Part shown: positions 1 to 12,400 of the stretch, piece after piece
Numbering within the stretch: position 1 is the first letter of the stretch
Layout of the letters: each line of letters begins with the position of its first letter
DNA from: Phoronis australis
Taxonomy: Eukaryota; Animalia; Phoronida
Assembly (NCBI GenBank): GCA_002633005.1
Contig: NMRA01000510.1
Coordinates: 63,438 to 127,437, forward strand
Length of the DNA stretch: 64,000 bases
Direction: 5' to 3'
Notes under the pieces: generated by a model
What the model was told of the DNA's origin: nothing
What the model saw: the letters and a program-made list of their open reading frames with translations, nothing else
Databases searched by the model: none
Program-made: the position numbers and the translations under genes

Positions 1-2980
1 GGTGCGAAAACCCTTCCTAGACAACCTCTCGCAGCAGTTGACGACCAGATGTATAAAATACACGTATGAGCAACCACTGGGCGTTAAAAAGTGTCTAGAG
101 AGAGGTTTTCAATTCAAAAGTTTTTGCATAGTACGCTTTAGGTCTCGCGAACTAGTCTTGTGATGTTTTTTTTTACCAAAGTGTGCTTTGTAAAACTATT
201 TATCTCAGCCAGTACTGTTTGGTCCCGCGACAGATCGACTATTTTTATAGGGATAATAAGCACTTTTGGTCTCGTGACGGACCAGGCCTTTTTGTGTACT
301 CTCAGTGTACATCGTCCCTCTGCAAACTGGTCCTGTTTGTCTTTTCACCACCGATGTACAGAATGTTTTGGTTTCGTGAAACTGTTTTCAGATGATTCGT
401 TTCCAGATACATTTGACGTTTTTCGAACATGATTCAGCTTAATAAAGTGATACTTAATTGTTTATTGTCGCTTTTAATAATATACTATTGTCGCTTTTAA
501 TAATATACTATGAGCTGAGAGCACCATCGTTTGCCAGTTTTTCTCATAACGAGACAGAACACATGTTTATTTCCAGACTAACAGTACAGGTCTTAAACAA
601 CTTGAGGCTGCTGTTACGCGATCATCTGATATTCAATTTTTTTACTCCTGTCGGTGCTTCTTATGCTCTTGAATATTTGGTAGTTGTCTAAACCCCCCAC
701 ACACACCACACTTTTTCATATACGACTTTTCGTATGCTAAAAAGGTGTGTATAAGCAGATGTTCCAACAAAAATTTTTGCTGGTGGCGTGACTCATACCC
801 AGATATGCACAAATATTGTTTCACGAAACTTATGAGCTACGTTCATGCGACGAAATCGAGAAGGGTTTTAAATTATCTTAAGAAAAACTCAAGAGACATG
901 TTAAGTGCCAGAAACTTACCAGGATGCATGGAAATTTCACTATTTGGCTACAAAAACAAAAAATTGTCTTACACGGAGGGGGAAACCCCCCTCCCAACCT
1001 CCCCCCTCTCGGCGCCACGCGCCTCGGATTCGACCTTTGCGGGAATCCTAACCCCCCTTACTGAAAACGTAGATCCGCCACTGTCTCCAATAGGAGGGTG
1101 TTACAGAATAAAGACCACTTAGTGTCACTAGCTTACGCCAAAGATATTATTGAAACTATAATCTCTGTCACTGGCCAGTCTCCGCTTCGCAGGAAGTTCT
1201 TGCATTTCGAGTCTGGTGTAGTCTCCTGCACAGACCCTCGAGGTTGGTTATCCGTGACGTCAGCTTGTGAGGCCTTCCATTCACTGAGTTTGACCAAGGG
1301 TTTGACGGTGCTCACACATCAGACTACAAATTAAGCACCTCAGATGTATTTCTGGAATCCTGTTACACGAATAAACAGAGCAAAAACTTTGTGACCCATC
1401 AATGACAAAACACTGTACCCTACCCAGCCAGTAGTTGCATGTGTATAACCCTAAATAAAATAAACTTGCATACACAGTTTTACACCAAGGCCAGGAATGT
1501 TGTAAATATTCAGCAAGGTTTTTGATATTGCACATGTCAACATGATGAGTGTCAATAAACACTTACATTCGGGTAATCCATTTAACAATTATTGAAAAAT
1601 AAACAAGGACAAAAACTACAATCTAATATCAGCAAAAATCACGGTAAACTCTTAAAGAAATAGGCACCCCTGAATACCTGAAAATACAATATTTGACATC
1701 TATGTTAGTAGTTTACCAACAACCAAATGTGGTTGTGAGACTTTTACATGGTGACGACTTCGTTTGACAGGTCTGTAATTAAGTGTTTAGTCCCATCCAT
1801 ACACAGTTTTACCCTAGAGCAACATACACTAGTGCAACTTGCCCCATGTTAAACAGAGCATCCACTCTGCAAAATATAGTCAATAACTAGCACAAGGTGG
1901 AAGGAAGTTGCTGCTCTCTGCATGACAATGAACAGCTGATGTGAATATGTGTTTTAAAAAAGACCTGTATTAAAGTAACTGTGCAAGCACGCAACTAATA
2001 ATTACTTCCGCATTGCACCAGGTTTGCAGCCACATAGAACTTAGAGGTGGCACACCTAGATGGTGTAGTCAGTTGTTACAAGTGGGGCAAATTGCACTAC
2101 TTTAAATAGGGAAATAAATCTCAAACCTAGGAAAACTGGTTCCAGGAGTAACTTATTCTACTATAAGTCTGTGTATGGAGAGTGCTTTACACTCTGACAA
2201 CACTACTGTACCTCTAACATATAGCAGTTACCTCTAAATAGGCATTAACTGGCACAGAATACGTTGAATGTAAAAAGCAATTAAATATGGCTGTTTTAAT
2301 TAAAATCACATACTGTTGTCTCCCTGTGTTCCCTAAGTAGCTAACACATAGTAGTGCAGTAGGAAGTTTAAAATCTCACCAATTTCAGACAAAAACAGTT
2401 GCCCAATGGTAGACATGACACAGAACTTGAACATGGCCTGGTAAAGCATTAATTTGATGTTATGTCTTTTGTGCAAAAATGAGAAAAATAAATTTCCACT
2501 TGTCCGCCATATTGCATACTAAATTGGTGAAGGGTAATTGTCAACTGAAGCAGACTATAAGAATGCCGTCCCCAAGTTGCCATCAGCTTTTTAAATGAAA
2601 GCTTTTTCCTGGGAACCATTTTACAACGCCATATGTGTGTTTGTTCCAAGATATCTTATTGCTAAATAAACTCGTAAGGAACATTTAGAAAAAAAGCAAT
2701 ATGACCAGAAGAAAAATAGTATGTAGAAAAGTAAAACTGTTTGACTCACTATCAAGTAGTTTGTGTGCATCTTCCCACAAAATGAACAATGCTCCTCATA
2801 AAAGGTCCTTAAATTAAAAGGACAAAAACCAGTCCTCGTATTTTTTTCAAAATGTATTTTCATATATAATCCACAAATATCTCTCTCTATACCACCTCCG
2901 TTTTCACCCTGAAGAATACCATTTAATATTTCTTTGTTCGTTCAATAGGTAGCATTGAATGTACTATTCTACAATTACTA

Positions 2981-3820
2981 CTCTCGAGTTCTGAATAGCC
3001 ATATATATATATATGTATATGTATATGTATATATATACGATTATTTATGTCAGACTCTTTTTCCGGTCTATACAAAGCTTATTTGGGTATCTACGTTTAT
3101 TAATTATAGATGGTTTTTCCACTCCTCCACAATTATTTGGTCAAGATGAAATTCGGAGTTGGGTGTTTCTTACTCATTTCTTGAACCCAATTTTGTAACT
3201 CAAAATTTTTTGGACACCGAGTTTCGAACACTGGTTGCCTGAGTGAGAACTCACAATCCTAACCACTAGACAACAAGACATTCCTCTAACGAATTAGCAA
3301 TTTTAAGGATTATATATGGTTCCATGGCAAACATGGAAGTCACTTGTAATAACATGCACATGAAAAAGATTTTATTCATTAAGTATACAACTGTACATCT
3401 CAAAGCTTAAGTAATCGGACTCCCACGTATGTATACTCATAAGTAGCAACAAACACATCGTATGTATACCTCTTTGCCCAATGAAAAGTTGTAAGTTAAA
3501 AGACTTGTCAGCTGAGTCATACAAGTCAAGCCATGCCACTTTGCTTCCATCCAGAAGAGTTTACATTTTACGCAAATATGTAATCAATATTATTATTATT
3601 CCAGTCTATACTATTTTTAAAGTTCCACAAATTTGCCATAAATACCATTGATTCCATTCTATACTATTATTAATTTTTTTCGCAAATTTCCGGTCTATAC
3701 TACTATTCTACTCTTCTAGTGGCAAAAGTGTCGGGTCTATACTATTATTCCAGTCTCTACTATTATAAGAAATCTTGAAGATTTCCGGTCTATACTATTA
3801 TTGCTGTCGGAACTCGAGAG
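2981..3820. mobile_element. Non-autonomous TIR DNA transposon (TA-flanked, Tc1/mariner/pogo-like MITE)
   Basis: Ends CTCTCGAGTTCTGA (2981) and TCGGAACTCGAGAG (3820) are inverted repeats, each flanked by TA. Subterminal CC(A/G)GTCTATACTATTATT-type motif is repeated several times in 3590-3800 and once at ~3063. (TA/TG) microsatellite at 3001-3037. Confidence 0.75.
3211..3280 (-). pseudogene. Degenerate tRNA-Glu(CTC)-like sequence inside the TIR element
   Basis: Minus strand reads TGTCTTGTTGTCTAGTGGTTAGGATTGTGAGTTCTCACTCAGGCAACCAGTGTTCGAAACTCGGTGTCCA. It keeps the Glu D-arm signature GTCTAGTGGTTAGGATT, a CTC anticodon loop and a GTTCGA B box, but the acceptor stem is broken. Confidence 0.75.
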
Positions 3821-3921
3821 TATGTAGGTTTACACAACGTGACATTGCCTCCTGCACAATAGGCAACAAAGATTAATAGAGGAATGGAGACGAATATGAC
3901 AAACTGTTGGTGTAGCTCGAT

Positions 3922-5690
3922 CTAGCCAATCCTTGGAGGTTGCATAACAATACCTTCACTGTTGACAAATATACGAACTCGGTCAGTTCTATAATCCATT
4001 GTAACCATGCTGTCCTCTGGAAGTACTTGTATCTGAATGAATAAATGTCAACCTTTTACATTCCAAAGCAGTAAATGACCAATATCAACAAAATATGGTC
4101 AAGGTTTCAGAGTTTTTTTCACAGGGATAACAGCAATAGGTGAAAAAGGTCATGACCCAACTCAGGTATAAGCCAATAGCACCTACAAAGAAAATGGAGT
4201 CAGTGTGTGGCACACTCCCGTAACCTGCTCATTTTTTAAAATGTTTATTACAAAAAAACACAATGTACAATAATAAGAGTTGAGCCCAGAAAGTGCTACT
4301 TGAGCGTGACTTGCTCATTCATCACAGTTTTTCACAAACAATAAGCAAAAATGTCATGTTCAATATACCGAATAACAGTATTATCGGCAATCTCATGTCT
4401 AGCAAGTTTAGGGCCATGGCACTGTAAAAACGGTCTTGTATTGAACAACTCTGCAAATGCATGAAAAGGTGAAAAGAAAGCAAACATGCTTCGTGACCAA
4501 TGTAAGGTCTTTTACCTAGCTTTACTTAGTACCACTATTTCAATGAAATTATACGCTATTTCTGCATGTTTTAAAAAACCCCTTTAAAAACAGGTTCTGG
4601 TCTAATATTCTGGTTTAAAGGGAATGTTCACTACATTTCAAGGGGTGCAATTTTAAATGACCCTTTTATGTGTTTTCGAGGACTGTGCTTTTATCTGAAA
4701 AAAATACCCTTTTTCTGTGACATTGGGAACCGTCATGCAGTCCTGTACATGGATAGAGCGAGGTCTCAACACCTCCTGATTTGTAAGTTCAGATTTAACC
4801 ACACTTGGAGCAGGCACCTAACAGGGTCCCTAAAACGATCAAATGATTTTCACAAAACTAACTCTGCTCTACTTGCTATCTTCCAAAACCAAAAATGGGT
4901 TTTGATAAAATATTTAGCACTTTATCGATACCGCAATACTTTCTGATTCCTTAAAATTTCTACCAAGCACAAAAATGCAAGTTTCAGTTGCCTAGCACCA
5001 CTGTGACAGTACATTGCATTGGGTGTGTAACACCACTTTACGTTGTTCTTGAAAAAATTTCCTGAAGAGAAATGGGCAGTCACTGTCATTATGGTATTCA
5101 AAAATTATTTCCCAAGTTAAAGACTCAGTTTCACAGATCGGATCCCATTGAACCAACCACTATACATGCAGCCCACTATGTATAATGTTGTGATATTGAC
5201 TAACCACTATACATGCTGCCTATTTCGTATGATGTTGGGATATTGACCAACCACTATACATGCAGCCTACTACGTACCATGATGTTGGGATATTGTCCAA
5301 GAATGATTGTCTGCGCTTCTTTCCATGGCTGAAAGTGAAAAAACGTAACACGAAATTTAATCTAAGTACAAGTTATAGCAGCTAAAAAGTTTTAAACCTT
5401 CCTTCAGTCACAAAACATATTTTTATTTAGACGTCATATCTCCTGGTGCACACAGTGAAAAAATGGCCAGTGGCCGATTTGGGCAACTGCTCGAAAAAAG
5501 GTTGATTACGGGAGTATTTATTCGAGTTGGAAGGAATTAAAGACATCGATGGCCTTTAAAGGTGTCCTTCAATGAGCAAAAGGCAATTACAGCAACATAA
5601 ACACTTTAATCAGTGTGAGGCATAACTCACCGAAAAGCTTCCGGCATATGAAGGCCATATAAGATTCACTGCTAAGCAGAGACAGAGGCA
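3922..5690 (-). CDS. Potato inhibitor I family (MEROPS I13, eglin C/CI2-like) serine protease inhibitor; 5' end uncertain
   Basis: Exons 3922-4032 (IQVLPEDSMVTMDYRTDRVRIFVNSEGIVMQPPRIG*) and 5278-5328 (PWKEAQTIILGQYPNIM) are phase 0 with canonical AG/GT. Probable exon 5631-5690 reads CLCLCLAVNLIWPSYAGSFS, matching the family WPxxxG motif. Possible ATG just before a GT donor at ~5896. VTxDYRxDRVR..PRIG is the family signature. Confidence 0.85.
5152..5300. repeat. ~47-bp tandem repeat x3 overlapping an exon/donor junction of the inhibitor gene
   Basis: Unit approx. CCAACCACTATACATGCAGCCTACTACGTA(C)CATGATGTTGGGATATTG; the last copy runs into exon 5278-5328. Confidence 0.8.
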
Positions 5691-6182
5691 CTGTCTAGAC
5701 GTGTGGGTAATAAAACATGATAATTATGTCTGACCAGTTAGTGGGACTACTTCCATTTTAATGACCAAAGTTAGAATCGCAGTTGTCAAAAGCTTGCTTT
5801 GGGAGGTAAAATTTGAGTATCTCAAAATACATGACCGGTGACTGTGTTTGTGTTGGAGAGAGATGTGACCAGGTCTGTGTAAGAAATATGATTACCATCC
5901 CCACAAACTAAAACTAATTCTGTTGCCGAACCGTTCTTCGGCTTTGACCTCAGGTCAACAGTGTCCATCGTCCACTGCCTGAACATTTTCGCCCATGAGC
6001 GCACGAATTAGACAAAAAGGTCCACCTCAGTGAAACAAAAAGCCTGAGTAAACGAGACATAAGTCCACAAAGTGCACAGGAATTCGGTGCGGATGCAAGG
6101 AATTGAACGATACCAAAATCATATGTGTAAGTCGATGTCGTCATATTGTAAACAATCACCGACACTCGACAGTCAATAGAAA

Positions 6183-6318
6183 GGCCAGCTCGCTAAAAAG
6201 CAAGACTTCGCAAGATTACGTGAGATATTTCCGTGTATTTTAAAAGAGATCATGTGACTTTGGCTAAATTTTAGCTAGGTCCTAAGAAAGGTCCTAGCGT
6301 TACTGAACGCACGCCTGG
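6183..6318. mobile_element. MITE fragment, same family as 42339-42477
   Basis: CTCGCTAAAAAGCAAGACTTC...GTGAGATATT...GTATTTTAAA matches the internal part of the 42.4-kb copy in reverse; shares terminal GGTCCTAGCGTTACTGAACG. Confidence 0.65.
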
Positions 6319-6975
6319 CCCAGGCCAGGCACTCACTCAGCCTAGGCTCAGGTCAGGCTCAGCCTCAGGCCAGGGAGAAAAACTCCTCAATCCAGTTACC
6401 TTATCAACGCATTGCGGCCAACTCAACGGTTCAGACATTCTGTGATCAGGCGACTGTGGGAATTACCTCGTCCAAGTTTCGAGCCCGGTAGGCCAACCAC
6501 AATTCTTATAATCTAGCAAAAAGGCTTTTGCCTTGGCTTAGCTCACCACCACTTTTGCTTCTTCCGCTTATCTTACGCCCCTTGCAACAATTGCAATTTG
6601 AAGATAATCTAAAAATGTGCTCAGAAAGTAGGCCTAAAAGATTATACTGCTTACTCTAATTTTCAAAATCAATGAAAATTTTGAATAGAAAATATCATGC
6701 CATTCTAAAAAGGTCTTTGAATAAATCATGTTGAACGTTAATTCTATATTTATTGCAGGTGATGTGTTCCGCTTAGTAACGTTACGTCATCAGGCAAATA
6801 CATACATGAACAAAGAACCTTCACAGATCAAAAACCTAGTCTAATGTTGTGAAAAGACATTGCGTGTTTTTAAAATGTATTTTTCAGGATTATACTTGGT
6901 TTATAATCTATATGTGTCATTATTCTTATTTTACACGCAATGATATACTAAATATTCACAAAGTTGTTCAGCTTA

Positions 6976-7047
6976 TCCCATGTGGTCTAGTGGCTAGGAT
7001 TCGTGGCTTTCACCCACGCGGCCCGGGTTCGATTCCCGGCATGGGAA
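6976..7047 (+). tRNA. tRNA-Glu(TTC)
   Basis: 72-nt cloverleaf: acceptor TCCCATG/CATGGGA, anticodon stem CGTGG/CCACG with TTC at 7009-7011, T arm CCGGG-TTCGATT-CCCGG, discriminator A. Confidence 0.97.
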
Positions 7048-7053
7048 GCTCTC

Positions 7054-7058
7054 TTTTT
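7054..7058 (+). terminator. Pol III terminator (T5) of tRNA-Glu
   Basis: TTTTT starting 7 nt after the tRNA 3' end. Confidence 0.7.
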
Positions 7059-8195
7059 CCCGTTTACGGATCTCAGCAATTTTCTTCTGAATGAGTATCA
7101 ACTTTGCTGAAGACTTATGAAGGAGCAAAGGTACAATAAGGTAGCTATAAAATCTGTGGAAGGACTTTATACAAAGTTCCCGTTGCCCCCCCCCCTGAAG
7201 TAAGTACATGTTGCCATGGACGTGAAAGATTGGAGGCTGTTCATGAAAATCGTATGGCCGTACATCTTGATAGCGGCCCTCATGATGCAAAAGTGGAACG
7301 TGCTAAAAACAACGATTTAGAAAACAGCGCATAAAGTATAGAATCTGTAAGTTTCATGTGAATATCCGACCAGCTGAGCCGGTTGTATGATTTGACGCTC
7401 CGAATTTGGCCAAAATTGGACATTTTTCTGGAGTCGTTATAATGAGAAAATTGATAATGTCTGAGCTCATTTCTCCCTTCCTGTGAAGCCATTAAGAAAA
7501 AAGAAATATACTGATTGTGTTTTCTGTGTTGAAACCGATAATATTGCTTTTGAACATTTAATTTCCCGCGTTCTTGAATTCATTTCTGGACTGAGGCGAA
7601 TATGGGACTTAGCTCTCCCGGCACATGAGAGAATGGTTGATGGGAATATCCAGGCTGTTTCTGAAGGAGTGCAGACTAAAATCCGTCGGAACTCGAAAAG
7701 CAACCCATCTGAAGGGCTCAGATCCATACATCGATCGGTAACCCAAAAGACGCACAAGCGCCAAAACGCCGCACAAACGGGGTCAAAATAGTAGGAATGA
7801 CAACAAATAAACCCTTGCAAAGAAACTCAAAATATATTTGATTTACAAAATTGAGAGGACGGCCCAAAGACGCAATGCTCAGTTAACTAGTGTTTGTGAT
7901 TGAACATAAAACGAGACTACAAAAGAGCTCTAGCATTATTTGTCCTTCAAACAAAGAAGAAAACAGTGTTTGAGTATAAATCTGTCTTTATTGTCAATGA
8001 TATCAGTAACAAAAATGAAATAATGACAAGTCACTATAAACTGAATGTTTTTAAAACTGCATTTCTCCCAGGCTAAAAACGAAAATTCAAGTCGGCCTTT
8101 TACTCTCATAAAACTAGTCTCATAATATTCCCAACAGTAATAGGATTCTATTTCTATAATAGCCAGCTACCCAGGAGGAAATACAGCTGTAAATA

Positions 8196-8502
8196 CACTA
8201 CGAGACAAAAGTAATCAGACAAAATGCCATTCTTCCGTCAGTTAATAGCCAAAATTACTGGTAACTACTGATAAGCATTAGGGCGACAAAGAACGGTTTA
8301 CACACCCTACTAATTTTCTTGTTAATTCCCATTTAGTCACGAGAGAAGACCAATCTGACGATGAATTTTGGCTTATGGCTAGACAGTACAGCCGTCTAAA
8401 CTGCTACTGCCAGTTGAGACGGTGGTACGGTCTCGTCTCTGCCCAGCCGTCATAATGGGGGAATTCCAGGTCAATTTGTCTGAATACTTATGACTTGTAC
8501 TG
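8196..8502. mobile_element. MITE with ~30-bp TIRs and TA flanks
   Basis: Left CACTACGAGACAAAAGTAATCAGACAAAATG versus reverse complement of right end CAGTACAAGTCATAAGTATTCAGACAAATTG; TA on both sides. Confidence 0.65.
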
Positions 8503-9002
8503 TAGCCGTAAAAATCTCCATACTTTTCTTAGATACTTGATTGTCCATAGTGAAAATAGAAGGTTATTTTGTGAACCTTTTTATTGTTATTGACCATCAC
8601 CAGATAATGCCGTCAAAAAGCGGGATACGTTATTTGGGATACCAGATAATTATATAATTAACATGATTAATTACTTTATGGACATATCACAGGCTTATTT
8701 ATCACTGCAGCTATACACAATGTGAACAGGACTTGCATTTGTGACACTCCAACGCCGGTCAACACCAAAGTTTATCACACCTTTAAAATAACATAAACCT
8801 ACATTCCCTCAAAGAACTGAACATTTCATTTGGACGGGTACAGTAATAAAATTGGTCTCGACTCTTTTCCCTTCTTTAAGTGGGTGAAAGTGAGTTTTGG
8901 GCTCTCCAAGAACTGTCAAACTGTCAGTCTGTTGCGATAAAACAGGTTTTTCATAGCTCGTGATGATGTTGATCAGGTATAAAAACTCACTTACTACGAA
9001 CG

Positions 9003-9300
9003 TGTTTGTTGTTGATGACTTAGACGTCTTAGGGTCTTTTTCAACTAATAGAATACCGCGTAATTCTAGCCAGAGAGGAACATTGGTTTTCTCGAAAAGT
9101 AAGGAAGCTATGTTTATAAGGACCAGACAGCCAACCATAAACCGAGACCAAGGACTGCAGCTTCCCGCCTCCCCCAGTTCTAGATCCAAGTCAACAAAAC
9201 GCGAGAAACCGATTCGTCGTAAAAGACCCTCAGATGAAAGGGAAACGTCCCAGTCATCAACAACAAACAAGTTGAACCAATTGAAAAATGGCATGAGCCG
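9003..9300 (+). mobile_element. Decayed Penelope-like retroelement 3' fragment with inverted partial pseudo-LTR
   Basis: From 9060 reads VILAREEHWFSRKV/EAMFIRTRQPTINRDQGLQLP (one frameshift), the C-terminus of the Penelope GIY-YIG endonuclease. pLTR-like AAAAGACCCT...AAACGTC..AGTCATCAACAACAAACA at 9221-9269, with an inverted copy at 9003-9045. Confidence 0.75.
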
Positions 9301-9429
9301 CTGCAGTGATGCCTTACACCCTTGTGCCAAATTTCATCAAAATCCGATCTGGGGTTTTTAGTCCGAAATTAGTGAGATTTTTCTGCAATACACGGGAAAG
9401 TGAGACTGAAGTAAAATTTTCAACAGGCT

Positions 9430-12400
9430 TTATGTCACATTTTTTGCTTGAGCTGTGAATTTCCATTTCCAAGGCAAATGAACCACAGACTGTCTCAATA
9501 CGGAAAGGAACATTACATTGCCTTGGAAAAGCAAAGCTTCCATTGGCATTTCTGAGGACACTGCCAAATTTTGCACAGACCAATTAATTGAAACCATAAC
9601 GTTACTGGAGCAACCATTAAATATTTCAAATACAGCACCTGTTGAATAGGAACGCACAAAAAGAAGAACACAGTCCTGATTCTGTACATAAGAAACCTGG
9701 TTGTCATGCTGAAAGTTTGCTGGCATGTTACGCCAATCAAAATGTTGACTGTAGTCCACAACGTGTTGCTTAGCAACATCACAAATGCATAGAGGCAGGT
9801 CAACCCCGACATCTGCACATACCTTGTAGTAGGCATAGGTACTAATGCGAGTGAATGAGATAAGTTTCATTGCCTTCCGTTTACTAGGGTTTGATTTAAC
9901 GGAAACTAAAAACCCTTCCTCCACTTCAGCACCTGCTGCCAGAACAAAAATGTCCATCTTTGTTAAAACAAAATGGTGACCTGCACCATCCTGAAAAAAA
10001 CAGAATCACAGGTTAACGATGAAAAATAATCCAAGCTATGAATAATGCAAGCCATGTCATCTAAATCAAGTAATAATTGAAATCAAGGAAAATCGCTTTT
10101 TTGTTTCGTAAATTACTAAACAAAGCACGTAAAAGTGTATGCATACTGATTAGATTTTTTGCACATCACAACTGTAAATGATATTTAGTAGATTTTTACT
10201 ATGGAGATGACAACAAATGACAGCCAGTTTTAAACCAATCCAACTGCAGCTGTGCTCTCTAGTGGTATTTCTTTTAGGTTTGCCTTTGTAACTTCAGAGT
10301 TAATTCCTTGATGTTTTTTTCATCAATTTTACAAGGAAGTTTTATTATGAAGATAACAACACCTTTCTTTTTTTGTGATGGATTCAACATATTCTGCAGC
10401 AACTAGTGACCATTTTAATTATTTTTCAGTCTGTTTTTTGTCGTATGCTTCAGATCAGCATCTGCCAAACTACGCAGAGAATCCTAATGAAAATTGGCAG
10501 ATGTGTTTCTACTGACAAAACCATGACTAACGCGGATTTTCAAAAGGGTCAACCTACTGTGGTGCCCCCTAGTGACATTTTTTCGTACATAAGGTTGTAT
10601 CTGATCCTAAACCGCTTGCAAGATGTCTTTGAAATTTTGCAATTGCTTTCTTCTTAACATGACAGCAGCTGGGCGGATTCGACTATCGCTGTGGTTCCTA
10701 ACAGCAGTGGATTTTCATGAAAATTGGCAACTTGTTTTGGGAGACCATGACTTTTTCCCATTTTTGGATGGGTTGAATGTGCCATCTGATATGGCCATTT
10801 TTATGATACAAATAAACATTCCTAGAAGCAAACCCTTTGTGGTGAAGTCGTGGGTGCATTTCAACGCTGGGAGTTGCCCTCGTTACAGATGACAAATAGT
10901 ACCAAAACACTGCTTTGCCATATTCAAATTCACAAATATAGCTACCAACAGAAAATATGTTGAAAACGTGTGTGTATTCACAACACTGGTAGAAACCTTT
11001 AAAAATCAAAAAGTGCAACTTGAGCAACTATTTTAGTCCGAAATTGGTGAGACTTACTGTATTACGTACCAGGACTTGTAAGAAGATGGACCTTATAAGA
11101 AACAAACACTGGGAGTGCCCAGGCAGATACATACTACATCAGGTGATATAAGAGATGGTCCAATAACCAGAATTGGACAAAAAATTACTGGTACTAATCT
11201 TCATTAAAGTTTCAGGTAAACAAAGTCAATAGATTTTCAAAGTCTTCAAAAGAGAAACGAAAGCATTCCAGAGAGCAACACTTGGTGAAATTAAATTATA
11301 AATCATAGGAATGATGAATGTGATGACGATATTGACAATGCAAAGAATGATTACCAAGCAGCACCCTGAACAATAAATACTTGGTGAAATAAGCTGAATG
11401 AAAATGATAAGTGTCATGATTATGATGAGATGATGAATGGTGATGATAAACATGATTAAGAAATATAGCCTTGTACAGTAGATAGTAAGATAACAAAAAA
11501 GCAGAGAAATAAGTCAATAAAAGAGCAGTCAGAAAATCTCAATGCAACATCTACCAGTCCCAACATGAAACTGGCGACACACTTCATCTAGTCCTTAACA
11601 AGATAAAAATACATTCCAGGAGAATAGCTCATACTATAAGACTGCAGAGTTAGTGCTCCACAGTGTGAAAAATGAAAAACGGCCATCATAACATCACCTT
11701 TGAATCAGTGGGCCTAACAATTGGATGAGACGCACTTTGTGTGCCAAGTTCATGTCAATCGGTCAAGAAATAAATCCTGTAACATGCAACCAATGAAACA
11801 AAAACAAATTCCTATGACAGTGTAAAATACTTTGCAAAAATTCACCAAGTAATTATAGAAAACTGACATCAGGTGCTGCAGAGGTTTTCGTCTAAAAATT
11901 AGCAGACAATCGGCTGTATCTTGCAAAGAAGGGACACAGCAATAGTCGTTATCATAAAGAAATGGGCAGGTGACATTCTAATTGAAATACAAATTGACAA
12001 GATAAGTTCTACCATGAGTTACTTAATGAAGTTTGTAACACAGAGCCAGGTGCAGTAAACAGAACTGACATGTCTCGGTGTGGCTTATACTTGCAAAAGG
12101 CAAACTTCCAGGTTCATAATAATGTCTTAGGTAGATAAACAAGCAAAGGTATAAAATGAAAATTTTCACTAAGCACACATAGTACACAGCAAAATTCCAT
12201 CAAGATCCATCAAGGCCAATATCAATTTTGACTGCCCAACCAATCCCCATGCTTAGATAGTTACCATAACATGAATACTTACGTATCTACGAGATTCTCT
12301 AACATTATCAAACCTGTGAGCCATTAACTTCATACAATTTCCAAATCCTGATATTGCAGTGGGATGACTATTGTGGAACTGTTGAGAAAGTTTGTTGTTT

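Noticed and set aside
1133-1324. Possible minus-strand exon with AG/GT boundaries
   Set aside because: All three frames contain stops after the acceptor; at most non-coding and unsupported.
3001-3280. Complete tRNA-SINE with a (TATACA)n tail
   Set aside because: The would-be body and tail contain the TIR element's own subterminal motifs, so they are better explained as part of the MITE; only the tRNA-like head is kept.
8809-9361. 173-aa and 133-aa ORFs as genes
   Set aside because: They overlap the frameshifted Penelope relic and show no other recognisable domain.
11226-11517. Hydrophobic or His-rich ORFs in a DUF229 intron
   Set aside because: They arise from ATG/TGA low-complexity sequence, and the flanking exons join in frame without them.
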